From Octopus sinensis (taxonomy: Eukaryota): 64,000 bases of DNA. Shown piece after piece: positions 13,559 to 26,744 of this stretch (its first letter is position 1; each line of letters begins with the position of its first letter). The notes beneath the pieces were generated by a model that saw nothing but the letters and a program-made list of their open reading frames with translations, was not told the origin of the DNA and did not search any database. The translations under genes and the position numbers were made by a program. The DNA is taken from contig NC_043002.1 in assembly GCF_006345805.1 (NCBI RefSeq), forward strand, positions 84,568,001 to 84,632,000, given 5' to 3'.

Positions 13559-14662
13559 GTGAGTACTTTTGTGGCCCATTGTTTATGATTTAATTATATT
13601 TTAGTTACATTTATCAATGTTTTATTAACTACTGATGTATGAATATTGTAATGAAGATATACCTTTAAACATTATATTGGAGTTAAGTCTAATCCAGTAT
13701 TTTCCATTTGAGGTTCCCCAGAACCTTAATGTTCTGCAAGAGATTGCTAGGGGTTCCACAAGAAATAGTTGTAAAAAAAAAAAAGCAGATTATATGCAAA
13801 TGCATTTTTGAATAATTTTTGTGTTTAATTTTATATTGTTAATTTTATTATACACACAGAGCATATTTGAAATCCTGGCACCTGTTAGTAATTTGGGAAA
13901 AATAACCCTTGATAGGAAATTGTAAGGGAGTTTGGTCTAAACATGGTCTTAATTATTTTGAATTTTGAATTTCTTTGTGGTGTCTGATAGATTTAGTATT
14001 TACCAAACCTTTGAAAGACAATATGGTTTGTTAAATCACTATGAAGTTTAATTTTATGGAAGAGAAAGTATGAGATTAATGAAGATTTGGAGTATGCACT
14101 GTAAATTTCATGTGTTGGTTCCTTGAGACATGGAAAGTATTTCAAAGGTTCTCCAAGAGTAAAAATATTGGTAAATGCTGATCTAATCTGTTGGATTTTG
14201 TAACCGTCTCTAAATTGTATGTGGAAGGATGCATATGTCTGCATTGTGTGGCCTCTAATTTAGAATGAAGCCCAAGAGAGTATAACTTTTTATATTTATA
14301 ATGTTTTGCTTTCAAGGAAGTAACTGTACCCATGGTTTTTACTGATCCTCAACGATCAGTTTATAGTCTTAGGAAAAACAGGGGTAGGAGGGATTCCAGA
14401 AGAAAGAAGGAATGGGTAATGTTGAGAATTAAAGGGTTTGACATAATATAGGTTGGATATTATGGATATGTCAATTTAACATGGTTATTGGTTTGTAGAT
14501 GTGTCATATGAGGTGAGGAAAAATGTAGGAGTTTCTGTTGGAAGAAATTTCTGTCTAAATGTGTTGTGTGAGATATTAAATGTGTTAAGTATTACAGTAA
14601 AATTTCCAAAGAACCATATTAATTGTGATTGTATATCTTTTGTATTGTCTTTTCAACTTTAG

Positions 14663-14778
14663 ATATGTTCACATGGTCACGTCCAACAGTTCACGGCGTA
14701 AAACCTGGTGCCAGAGACGGTCACTCTGCTTGTGTCATAAATAATAAAATGTACATATTTGGAGGTTATGAAGAGGCG
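14663..14778 (+). CDS. KLHDC3: KLHDC3 coding exon 3 (NMFTWSRP...PGARDGHSAC...YIFGGYEEA)
   Basis: caactttag acceptor, GTAAGT donor, 116 nt, phase 1/0; PGARDGHSAC is identical to KLHDC3. Confidence 0.96.
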
Positions 14779-17548
14779 GTAAGTTAACAAAAAGGGAAAT
14801 CTAAAAAACATTCCACTAAAGTATAGAAGTAAAATGACTATAAAAGTAATTATTAAAAGCTTAAATTATTGTGGATAGATTCAGTGAATTTGGAATGTTA
14901 TAACAGAACTAAGTGAAAATACCATGTAGGCAGAGCCAGTGCTAGGATGTGCAGGGCCCAATTAGAGAACTGTCAATGGGGCTCTTTAATCTACAAAAGT
15001 TGAAGATTGATGTTTTATGTTACATGTAGTATACTCATCTCAACCATCAAGGGTTTGAGGCTCCACCATTAGCCACAATAATATATTAAAGATTGAAAGC
15101 TGTAATTCTTTTTGATAGAAGCCAATAATTCTCTCTTGAAGTCTGTACCCCACTTGCAACTAAAAGGAATAGGACAGCAACATGCATATAAATAATTTTT
15201 TTTTTTTTTTATTTGAATGTATTTCACAAGACATTATGTGACCTGTATAGACATGCACAGGACACGGGACAAAAACACATGTGAAATATGTGTTTAAAAT
15301 CAATGAGCAATAAAAGAAAAAATGTGTTGTGTGAAATACAAGACTGAATGCCCTTAACATTAGCAGTAGACTGGCTGTAGTTATTATAACTTATGAGGCA
15401 AAAAAGCCCTCTCTCTTAGTATCAGTTTTAATTCAGATTGGCTGGATTAATGTCTCTATCAACATGGATGGTTTTATTTGTTGTATTTAGCATTTATTAT
15501 GGCTAAAGAAGCTATTGCTTTTGTTGCTCAGAACAGGAGTCCCCACTGTTCTGAGCAACAAAGAAAATAGAGTGGAGAAGATAATTAGGTGGACAGTTCA
15601 TATACAGTAGTTTATCAGTGAAAACAATGAGGTCTTAGTTGAGATACCTAACTTATCAACCTATGGGAATCTGTATAGTCATTTGACCTACTACAAATAG
15701 CAGCCAAATCTCTCAGATCACATTCTACTGTCAGAAGAAAGAAGGGAAAGAAAGGGCAAATTGGACAATGCAGTCTTGGACAATGGCTGTGGTTGGAATG
15801 CCATTGTCCTGTTGAATCAGGAAAGCAGGAAATTTATCATTTAGAATGTAAGGAATAAAATATAAAAATATAGAAAGCCATGAAATACGGCAAGAGATAT
15901 TAAATAGAATTGAAAGAAAATTTGTGTCCTACAAAAATTAAAATAAAAATTTTGATTTTTCACCTGTAACTACTTGGCTTTAGTCATTGCTAATAACTTT
16001 TTGTAATATATAATAATGCACTTTTTTACTCTCCTCTAAAAATTTATGACTTTATGCCTTTCTAACAGATCCTAATATAACATAGTCAAAGCACACCTTG
16101 GGTTAAACAACAAATCAACCAATCAATGTGTATAAGCTCATTGCTTAGAGTGTTTGAATTAAGGAAGTTGGAATTGATAAGGTCTATAACTTTGTTTAAT
16201 TTTCTGCAGTATGCAATTAAATATTTACCCCACCTTTGCAGCCACCAATCAACTTACCTGATCCTTACAGATGTTACCTACCTCTCCCTTATTTTCCTCT
16301 ATCTCCTGCCCCTTGTACAGTCTTGTGAACCCCACCACTCTTAGTTTCTCCATCCTCACTGACTTCTACTTAGCTCTGTACCTTGAGGTACCACCTGGAC
16401 ACCTCATCACTACTATTTACCTCTTTACCGTTACAACTGGTTCATTTCTCACTCTCTCTTAAATGTGAGTAGCCATGCAAATCCTCTACAACAAGAATCT
16501 GCTGTACCCTACTCCTTTATCTCACACCCTAACCCTCATCTGCTAGCATAAAGTCCCTCATCTTAAGTTTTGTAGTTTTGCAAGCTGTACAGCAATTTCA
16601 CTTGTGCCAGTGGTATGAAAAAAGAACTCTGTACATGTTCTAAGGTGGTTGGCGTTAGGAAGGGCATCCAGCTGTAGAAACTTTGCCAAAACAGACACTT
16701 GAGCATGATGCAATCCTTGGGCCCTCCTGTCAAACTGACCAACCCATGCTAGCACAGAACATGGACATTAAACGATGATGATGTGTGTATGTGTCTAGTT
16801 TACACCTGATTAAGACTACCCCAATTATGTTTTTACTAATGACAATCAAGTTGTATTTGCTGATTATAATTAACACTGCTTTAATTTCTCCTAGTTGCCA
16901 GCATGTTCATTACTATCCACCCTCCCTCTTCTCAATATCATTACAATTAATGCATTTCTATGCCAGTATAGAGAAACTTGCTCAATAGTTAGTTTTCTTT
17001 TGCCTGATTAAAATAGTTTACTTTCGTGATTACTTGATTTCTCTCCCTTTTGATCTGTAATTAATAACCACAATCTTGTAGCAGTTGTTTATCCATATCA
17101 CAGCCAGACCTTCTCACTAAATGTCTATCCAGATATTGGTATATTTTAATTCTTGACCATATTTTTAATTTGCAATATCAATGTTACAATGCTTTTAGAT
17201 TTCCAGTTTCCATGAAGATAAACCTAATCAAGAAGCTTATCTAATATATTTATGAGGAAGTAACTGGTATAGCAGCTTGAAATGTGGCTGATATGTCTAA
17301 CACATTCATGTACACACACACACACATCTGTGTGTATGTATGTGTGTGATTGGTGCGGTTATGGCAGTGTGCTTTTAAGAAGTTCACCTCTTAACTATGA
17401 GGTTTCAGGTTCAGTCCCACAGTACTTGCACTTTGGACAAGTGTCTTCTACTGTAGTTCCAGTCTAATCAGTGCTATTTAGTTCAATTTGATCCAATGTT
17501 TATACTCGGTGGTATATAGTAATCATGTTGCTTTTTTTTATAATGCAG

Positions 17549-17620
17549 GTTGATCGATTTTCCAACCAAGTGCAAGCTTTGGACTTCGCTACATATACTT
17601 GGCAACATATAAAAATAAAA
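17549..17620 (+). CDS. KLHDC3: KLHDC3 coding exon 4 (VDRFSNQVQALDFATYTWQHIKIK)
   Basis: ttttttataatgcag acceptor, GTAAGT donor, 72 nt, phase 0/0. Confidence 0.93.
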
Positions 17621-17826
17621 GTAAGTTTTCTTATTTAAACTACCTATTCTCTCACTTCACTCATTTTAATTTTATATTCACCATATGCTTTACTTTTTCT
17701 ACTGAACTGACATTGTAAGTTTGAATTTAGTTGTACACAACACCAAATTTTGTACATAGATTTGTAAATCGTTTGTAGTTCATTTTTGTTGTAATTTCAC
17801 CAGACACTGTGGTACTAATGTGTTAA

Positions 17827-18490
17827 CCCATTAGTGCCCAATTTTTTAAAATTTAATTTATTACCCAAAATCTTTTTTATATAACTTTATCTGATACTAA
17901 ATCATCATCATCATTTAACGTCCGTTTTCCATGCTTGCATAGGTTGGATGGTTTGACTGGGGACTGGCAAGCCAGTAGGCTGCGCCAGGCCCCAAATGTG
18001 ATCTGGCAAGGTTTCTACAGCTGGATGCTCTTCCTAATGCTAACCGCACCAAGAGTGTAGTGGGTGCTTTTTATGTGCCACTGGAATGGGAGCCAGTCAG
18101 GCAGCACTGGCATCAACCACGTTCGGATGGTGCTTTTTACATGCCACCAGTACAAGAGCCAGTCGGCGGGGGACTGGTAGTTACCACATTTGGATGGTGC
18201 TTTTTATGTGCCACTGGCATGGGAGGCCAGTCAGGTGGCACTTGCATTGACCAATGCTTGAATGGTGCTTGTTATGTGCCAGTCAGGTGGCACTGACATC
18301 GGTCACAACTACAATTTCCATTTTGATTTCGATCTTATTTTGATTTTTGATAAAAAAATTTTTATTACAATATTTGAAAAATACTCCAGTCTTGATGACT
18401 AACTAAAGATATAACAGAAAAATAAAGGTATTGCAAAAATATGATGGATTATCCTTCTGGTCCTAAAAAAGGACCATGGGTGCTAATGGG
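17827..18490. mobile_element. piggyBac-type MITE (TTAA TSD) with nested SINE
   Basis: TTAA|CCCATTAGTGCCCA ... TGGGTGCTAATGGG|TTAA; SINE inserted at about 17901-18345. Confidence 0.75.
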
Positions 18491-18679
18491 TTAAGTATTT
18501 TAGCTGGAATTTCACATTATAGGTGCAAGTGTGGCTGTGTAGTTTTGGGTTCACTCCCACTATGTGGAACCTTGGTAAAATGTCTTCTATAATAGCCCCA
18601 GGCTAACCAAAACCTTGTAAGAGGATTTGGTAGACAGAAACTGAAAGAAGCCTTGTCGTGTGTGTGCGTGTATATATAT

Positions 18680-18711
<32 letters not shown>

Positions 18712-19318
18712 CGAGCTATCTCCATGTGAACTTTTAAGCTATCTCCTGTGGTGGGCTATTTGGGCCTGTGGCCCAAAAGTAAAGAGAGCTAAATAACATG
18801 ACTATTGTGTGTCTATAATGACTATATGCCCTGGTGGTGTTTGATCAGTGATTAAGGATGGATGAGGATTAATTCTGTAATGCAATCATTCTATTGTTCC
18901 AGTCCCTAGTTGAATTCCAACTGTTGGCCAATTTATGCCAAAGTTCTTATCTTGTAAAATTAATGAAGCAAATGTCATTTATCTCCCACTTGGTCTCTGA
19001 CATCATCTGACAAACGCCAACCAAGATGGCATGAATCAGCCAAGCTTTACTTGCTAGAAATAGCAACCCAAATGCTTTTAAATCAGATCTCAGCACTGGA
19101 TGTTTAAGAACCAAATGAAGGGCAGATTTTCAATCCCAGGATAATCCTGATACCAAAAAGGTATAACATATCTATGTAGATCAAATGTAGACTGAGATAT
19201 AGGGGTCCCAGACAGACAGACTTTTGCTTTTATTATTATTATAGATTGTAAATAAATTTTGAAAAGTATTCTTAGTTTTTAAATTTATTCTGAATTGTTA
19301 TTACTTTTTTCCTTGAAG

Positions 19319-19532
19319 GGCATTCCAGCAATATGGAGAGATTTCCACTCAGCTACAGCTATTGGTAATATCATGTATGTGTTTGGTGGTCGGAGTGATG
19401 TTTCCGGGGAGACATTTTCTAATCGAGAAATCTACTGTAATAAAATCCAGATGTTCGATACAGTCACCAACACTTGGACCCAGACTAAAACTAGTGGAGT
19501 AGCCCCAATTGGACGGCGAAGTCATTCTGCTT
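19319..19532 (+). CDS. KLHDC3: KLHDC3 coding exon 5 (GIPAIWRDFHSAT...EIYCN...GRRSHSA)
   Basis: ttttttccttgaag acceptor, GTGAGA donor, 214 nt, phase 0/1; WRDFHSAT and GRRSHSA motifs. Confidence 0.96.
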
Positions 19533-20300
19533 GTGAGATTCCAAACTTTTTTCCTTCTTCTCCACATCTCTCTCTCTCTCTCATAGTAGTGACTGTTAAT
19601 AGTTTTCACTTTCTCATATTTCAGTGTTAGGGATAAGCTGGATTTAGATGATTTAAGGCTAATTCAATTGTGGGATGCAAATGGATGTTATGTTTGCAGT
19701 GAAGAAATTCAGCAAAAGATGTGTTTGCATTGCAAATAAAAAAAGACTGTTTTTTTTTAATGCAAAAGAACATATGATATGAGATGAGTGTATGGCAGAG
19801 AAATGTTGTCTGGTAGTGTGATGTACGGTAGTGTGGTGACATTGTGTTGGTTTATGGCAGAGTGATGGTGATCAAAGAAAATCTGCAGCAATGGGAGATC
19901 TATAAATTACTTTTGACCCTTTGAAAGTGAAATGTTAACTTACAAGAAAAATGGAGTACAAGTAAGTTAAACAATCTGATGAGAATCAAAGTAATTGGCA
20001 GATGTATGCATATAAACTAACACTACAGACAGGAGTATATAATGAAAAAATGAGTGATGTATATTAAGTGAAATGAAGTATAGTTGTTAGGTGATGGAAA
20101 GTACTTACGACATAGACAGACCCCACAAATCGCTTGAGGAAAATAATTGTGAGTTAGACTTGTAAACATTGAGATTGCATAAGAGTCAAAATACTCAGAA
20201 AATTAACTGAAAAGGAACTTGAAAACCCAAATTAAACAAGTGATAATGACGATGATAGTTTGTATGTATTTAATAATCAATGAGTAATGGTGTCGGGAAC

Positions 20301-20512
20301 TATTGGATTGGTGCATAATTATTGCGGCTTTTTTTCAACAACTTTTATTCAACAAAAACAATAACAACATATGACAAAAACATCTTTAAATGATTATTCT
20401 GGAGCATATTCACCATCTACTTCAATTACTGCTTCCCATTTAAAGATGTTATTGTTTTTGTTGAATAAAATTTGTTGAAAAAAAGCCACAATAATTAAGC
20501 CCCGGCCCATTA
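20301..20512. mobile_element. Tc1/mariner-type MITE
   Basis: Long imperfect TIRs (tattggattggtgcataattattgcggctttttttcaac...) with TA at both ends. Confidence 0.75.
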
Positions 20513-21290
20513 AGAACGGTAGACTTAACCTCTTAATATTCAAAACAGCCAATCTGTCTGTTACAGGGCTGTTTGTTTGAACTTCTACTCAACATAGTCT
20601 TTGGCAGGATGAAACATTACACTAAATCTCATGGGAAGCAATGTTTCCCATATTGTTACCATGCTTTTGATAATTTCATCCTTTTAATACAAACACTTAT
20701 GTATGTCCATTGCTCACAAGCGAGTATAACTTGGTGGTAAATACTTTTACTACTTGTTTTAGGTGTCTGTGTAGTCACAAGCAGACGTATTGGCACCTCC
20801 CCACTAGTTTTGAGCCAGTGGTACATTGAGGATGTGATTGCTGGAGGAAGCGAAGGCTGCACCAGCGGTCAAGCTAGCTGAGTAGACTGGAACAATGTAA
20901 AATGAGGTGTGTTGTTCAAAGACACTATGTGCTCCTCAGTTCATGAATTGAACTTATGATCTTGAGATTAAGAAGTCATCACCCTAACCACTATGCCATG
21001 AAACCTCATACATCACTATATATCAGTAATATAACATTCAAAAGCATAAAATTAGTTCCTCTGCTTCATCTGAAATTTTTGTAGGGTATCTTTTTCATTT
21101 CAATCACTTTATTTCTCAGGAAATTTCTCTTGCTCTCTCTTGCTCTCTCTCCCTCTTACTCTCTTAGTTGTATATTTTTTTTTGGCCTCTTGTTCTCTTT
21201 CTCCCAGTTCTGTCCTCTTCATCTCACTGTTTCACTTTTTATTCCCTTCATCTTCTCAATCTCATCTCCACGTAACTTGTATATTTTCAG

Positions 21291-21377
21291 TTGTTTACAA
21301 AGGTTATTTATATGTATTTGGTGGTTTCAATGGATTTCATCATTTGCACTTCCGTGATATCTTCAGGTTTGACCCAG
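21291..21377 (+). CDS. KLHDC3: KLHDC3 coding exon 6 (FVYKGYLYVFGGFNGFHHLHFRDIFRFDP)
   Basis: atattttcag acceptor, GTAATT donor, 87 nt, phase 1/1. Confidence 0.94.
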
Positions 21378-21861
21378 GTAATTGTTTATTTATTCACTCA
21401 ATACATTATACATAAGTTCGTTTGTTTAGCATCTGTTTTTTTTTTCCTTGCTAGCATGGATTAGGCAAATATTTATCATTGAGGTATTGTTTTACAATCA
21501 AATGCCTTTCCTGTTACTAACTCTTTCCTGTTTTTCAAGTAATGATATTTGCATTTCACTCATCTTTGAAACTGCAGAACCTCTGGACATTTTGTCGACA
21601 AGGAAGTGTCAACATCATCAACAGATGTAGCTTAAGTTTTTGACATGGTGAAGTATTAAGCAATCACACATATACACACACAATGGGCTTTGTACGATGT
21701 TTGTCTACTGAGGTCACTCACAAGGTGTTGGTCAACCTAGGGCTATAGAGGACACTTGACCAAGGTGCTGTGCAGTGGGACTGAACTTGAAACTATATGG
21801 TTGGGAAGTGAACTTCTTAATTGCACAGCAATGCCCTAACAACTCCAACATACCTCACCTT

Positions 21862-21900
<39 letters not shown>

Positions 21901-22473
21901 TAAGATATATGTATTGTATATATATTTTTATTTATATTTAGCAGAAGCAGCAGAATGACTCAAGGGCTGAGAGTTCCACGCATTGGCACTTGTCAAACAC
22001 AAACCTTTTGGCCCTTGATCCACTCTTTTGCTTCTGCTGAATATTATTGAGTTCTGTTTTTCCTGTTTGCATCACCATACCTGTGTGTGTGTAAAAAAAA
22101 GGGTTAAATAGGGAATATGAATACATATATATATATATGTCCCCCTCTCTCTCTCGGAGAGGCACAAGCACCTACACACACGGCAGTAACTTCCGCCTAC
22201 CAAATTCAATCACAAAGCTTCGGTCGGCCCAGGACTATAGCAGAAGACACTTTCCCAAAGTGCCATGCGGTGGGATTGAACCCGAAACCATGTAGCTAGG
22301 AAGCAAGCTCCCTAGCCACACAGCCATGCCTGCACCTAGCCATGCCCTCACCTTTAAAAATGTAGGTGCATATGCTCAGCGCTAAGTGTGAGGAAAGCTT
22401 TTTATGGCCGGATGCCCTTCTTGACGCCAACCCCCGCCTGTTGCCAAGTGAGGTAGTTTTTTCCCTCTCTTTT

Positions 22474-22569
22474 AAAAATATGGAATGCTTCACGAATCTG
22501 TGTGTCATCCTTGCACAGGAGCCATACTAATCTTCTCTGTATCATTCCAATTTTAGAATATGTGCCGCC
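22474..22569 (-). pseudogene. U6 snRNA pseudogene (about 11 nt 5'-truncated)
   Basis: Minus strand GGCGGCACATATTCTAAAATTGGAATGATACAGAGAAGATTAGTATGGCTCCTGTGCAAGGATGACACACAGATTCGTGAAGCATTCCATATTTTT aligns with U6. ACAGAGA box intact, catalytic AGC triad changed to AGT, several CpG transitions. Confidence 0.93.
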
Positions 22570-23079
22570 ATGTATATGTACACATATATCTATACACACA
22601 CACACACACATATATAAATCTGGGTTAGCTATGTATTTCCTCTACTGCATGATACTTGTTTTTGTCTCTATCATACATTAACCACTCATCACCTAGTACA
22701 GAGCCACCTCAATATTACACCACCCCACCACTTAGTCGAGGGGGTCTTTTCTTGCGACTCACGTGGTGACTTCACTAGTGCTATGTAAAAAGCACCCATT
22801 ACATTTGTGAAGTGGTTGGCAGTAGGAAAGGCATGCGGCAATAGAAACCATGCCAAAGTAGAGATTAGTGTTTGCACAGCCTTCTGGCTCATTGGCTCCA
22901 GTCAAACCATCTAACCCATGCCAGCATGGAAAATGGAGATTAAATGGTGGTGGTAGTAGTGATGAAGATGATGATATAACACACACATATAATACCTATA
23001 TGATTATCCAATCACTGAAAAGGAAGTATAAAATCTGAAGAAACTTATGATGTAGTGCATCAACAAGAACTAGTTCTTA

Positions 23080-23482
23080 GTTGCCAGCGCCACCCCGACG
23101 GGCCTCCGTGCCGGTGACACGTAAAAAGCACCATCCGATCGTGGCCGTTGCCAGCCTCACCTGGCCCCTGTGCCAGTGACACGTAAAAAGCACCATCCGA
23201 TCATGGCCGTTGCCAGCCTCACCTGGCCCCCGTGCCGGTGGCACGTAAAAAGCACCATCTGATCGTGGCCGTTTGCCAGCCCCGTCTGGCAGCTGTGCTG
23301 GTGGCACGTAAAAAGCACCCACTACATTCATGGAGTGGTTGGCGTTAGGAAGGGCATCCAGCCGTAGAAACATTGCCAGATCAGACTGGGCCTGGTGCAG
23401 CCTTCTGGCTTCCCAGACCCCAGTTGCACTGTCCAACCCATGCTAGCATGGAAAGCGGACGCTAAATTATGATGATGATGAT
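23080..23482 (+). mobile_element. SINE/retroposon family C with internal tandem units and (ATG)n tail (representative)
   Basis: Tandem about 45-bp units (gtgccggtggcacgtaaaaagcaccatccgatcgtggcc) and tail ccatgctagcatggaaagcggacgttaaa(tga)n. Other copies: 1943(-), 9517(+), 12398(-), 16596(+), 17901(-), 22735(+), 25507(+), 26300(+), 27322(-), 30505(+), 39920(-). Confidence 0.85.
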
Positions 23483-24021
23483 GAGGAGAGTTTAGAGAAC
23501 AGTTTGATAAGTTCAGTTGCTGTGAGGAATGAAGGATTTATTTTACATCCTCTCACTTCGTCATTCTCAGTGCAAGGCCCCAAAATGTAAGACTTTTCAC
23601 TCCTTGCATCATTTGAAATTAACCAAACTATCCTACTGAAACAGAACTGTTTGTTGAAAAGAATATTATTATTATGTAATCTAAGACACTCTAACAACTG
23701 AGGACTGAGTTACTGTTAGTCTCATCTGGGAAAACAAACTGATTTGTATTTTATAGTTATTTGAGCTTTTACTGAATGATAGACTTAAGCAAGTTTTTTA
23801 TCTTTTACCTGTTTCAGTCACTAGACTGCGGCCATGCTGGGGCTCTGCTTTGAATTTTAATTTTACTGAATTGAACTTGGTACTTTTTTTTTTATTTTAT
23901 TTTTTTTTAATAAGAAGTGGTACTTATTCTATCACTCTTTAGCTGAACTGCTAAGTTACAGGGACGTAAACACCAACAGCAGTTGTCACGATGTGATGGG
24001 AGGATAAACAAAGACACACAT

Positions 24022-24065
<44 letters not shown>

Positions 24066-26000
24066 CGGGCTTCTTTCAGTTTCCATCTATCAAATCTGCT
24101 CACAAGGCTTTGGTTGGCTCGGGGCTATAGTAGAAGACATTTGCCCAAAGTGCCCTGCAGTGGGACTGAACCTGGAACCATATGGTTGGGAAGCAAGCTT
24201 CTTACCACACAGCCACGCCTGGTTGCTCATTTCATTCATTTTTTAAAAATGTTTTTTAATGCAGATGTGGCTGTGTAGTTTAGAAGTTTGCTTTCCAACC
24301 ATATGATTTTGGGTTCACTCTCACGGCAAGTGCCCTCTACTGGCCCAACCAAAGCCTTGTGAGTAGATTTTGTAGACAGAAACTGAAAGAAGCCTGTTGT
24401 ATATGTATATGCGTGCATGTGTAAGTGCATGGATGTGTGGTTTCATGTGATAGGTGTAAATTAATATCATCATTGTACAAGCAGTGTCCTTCATATCCAA
24501 TTTTCCATGGAAAGTGTCTGAGCATGGGGTAATGTTACCTTACTTGGAGACAGGTGAAGGTTGGCGACAGGTAGGACATATTGTTGTAGAAAATCTGCCA
24601 CAACATATTTCGTCTGACCATGAGAGTATGGAAAAGTGGATGTTAAAATGATGATGATGATGAAAGAACTACAAAGATGTTGTTTGAGGTTTCAGAGAAA
24701 AAGTCAAGGTCACACCTGTTTTATATTTTTATCCCTTTTTAATTTATCAATATTTTCTCAGTATTTTCTGTTATTATAATACATATGTTCTGTGTATGTT
24801 TTTTTTTGTGCTTGTGGTGGGTGTGTGTGTGTGTGTGTGTGTGTGTTTACTTGTGTCTAATTGTAATGATTTAGCATAAATAGGAAAGTAGCTGTAATTT
24901 TAGCAAGTTGGCAAGAACATGAACCTGTGTTGGTAAAAGTGGAGAAAGCTGATATCATGTTAACAACTCTGCTGCAAATCAGTGCATCTGTTACTAATGT
25001 GTAGGTATAGTGTTGCTGGATGATTGCCAGAAATGCAACTGGCAATTCTTTGTTCCTACTTTTCAGTGCAGAAAGCATTTTACATATTTAAGAAGTCTAT
25101 CTGAGGTTGTGACCTGCGAATAATGTAGTGAGAAGAATATTGATGTCGATAACTCTCAATGGTTCTAAATGGAAGACAGATTTGATGTGCAGTATTAAAT
25201 AAAAAATGAATTAAAAACACAGGCAAGGCTGTGTGATTAAATTGCTTCTTTTGTAATTGTGTGGTTTCAGGTTTCACACAGTAACACATTGGACGAAATG
25301 TCTTCTACTATAGTTCTGGACCAACCAATGCCTTGTGAGTGAAATGGTGTGGAGGCCACTGTGTGTCTCTCTCTTTGTCCCACCACCACCACCACCACCA
25401 CCACCACCACACCACCACCACCACCGCTTGACAACTGGTGTTGGTTTGTTTATATCTCAGTAACTTAGTGGTTCGGTGAGTGTGTGTCAAAATCAATTCA
25501 ATGACTGGCATCTGTGCTAGTAGGGTGCAAAGTGCACCATACGAGTGTGATCATTGATAGAGCGGTTATTCGAGTATGATCGTCACCAGCGTCACCTTAC
25601 TGGCACTTATGTCTGTGCTAGTAGGGTGCCAAGAGCACCATTCGAGCGTGATCGTTGCCAGAGCAGCCAACTGGCTTCCGTACCCGTGGCACGTAAAAGG
25701 GCACCTTTCAAGCGTGATCATTACCAACGTCGCTTCACTGACACCTGTGCCGGTGGCATATGTTAAAAGATTCGAGCGAGGTCATTGCCAGTACCGCCTG
25801 ACTGGCCCCCGTGCAGGTGGCACGTAAAAAGCACCCACTACACTCTCGGAGTGGTTGGCGTTAGGAAGGGCATCAAGCTGTAGAAACTCTGCCAGATCAA
25901 TATTGGAGACTGGTGCAGCCATCTGGTTTGCCAACCCTCAGTCAAAATCGTCCAACCCGTGCTAGCATGGAAAGTGGATGTTAAACGATGATGATGATGA

Positions 26001-26050
<50 letters not shown>

Positions 26051-26238
26051 GTTAAGGAAAATTTCAGAGAGCTTCAACAATTGAAATAAACATATATTCT
26101 GCCATTATGTTTATTTATGTTCATTTAAATTGTTGAACCTATCTGAAATTCTCCTTAACATTTTTTTATACATTTGCATCTGGGTTTTTTTTTTATCTGA
26201 GCACTTCAAACCACTGCCTATACAATAAACAAAGAAAC

Positions 26239-26275
<37 letters not shown>

Positions 26276-26655
26276 TATTGAGTCAAGTACACCAACATCA
26301 AAAATCAATGGAAATTGTAGTTGTGATCCCTGTGCCGGTGGCACGTAAAAAGCACCATCCGAATGTGGCCGATGCCAGCGCCGCCTTGACTGGCTTCTGT
26401 GCCGGTGGCACATAAAAAGCACCAGCTGATCGTGGCCGTTGCCAGCCTCGTGTGGCACCTGTGCTGGTGGCACGTAAAAAAAGCACCCACTACACTCATG
26501 GAGTGGTTGGCGTTAGGAAGGGCATCCAGCTGTAGAAACACTGGCAGATCAGACTGGAGCCTGGTGCAGCCTTCTTGCTTCCCAGATCCAGGTCGAACCG
26601 TCCAACCCTTGCTAGCATGGAGAACGGATGTTAAACGATGAGGATGATTTAGGTA

Positions 26656-26744
26656 CTCACGATAGCTCAGTTGGCAGAGCAGAGGACTATAGCTGAATAA
26701 TAGTAGTAATCCTTAGGTCGATGGTTCGAATCCATCTCGCGAGA
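26656..26744 (+). tRNA. Intron-containing tRNA-Tyr with anticodon ATA (variant or pseudogene); intron 26693-26708
   Basis: CTCACGA TA GCTC AGTTGGCA GAGC A GAGGA CT ATA G [16-nt intron] A TCCTT AGGTC GATGG TTCGAAT CCATC TCGCGAG A. Full cloverleaf of eukaryotic tRNA-Tyr type, A73, A and B boxes intact; one acceptor mismatch A4:C69. Confidence 0.85.

Noticed and set aside
23080-23330. Short regularly spaced repeats (also at 9520-9860, 18050-18300, 25510-25830, 26320-26480)
   Set aside because: These are internal tandem units of the family-C SINE, not an independent array.
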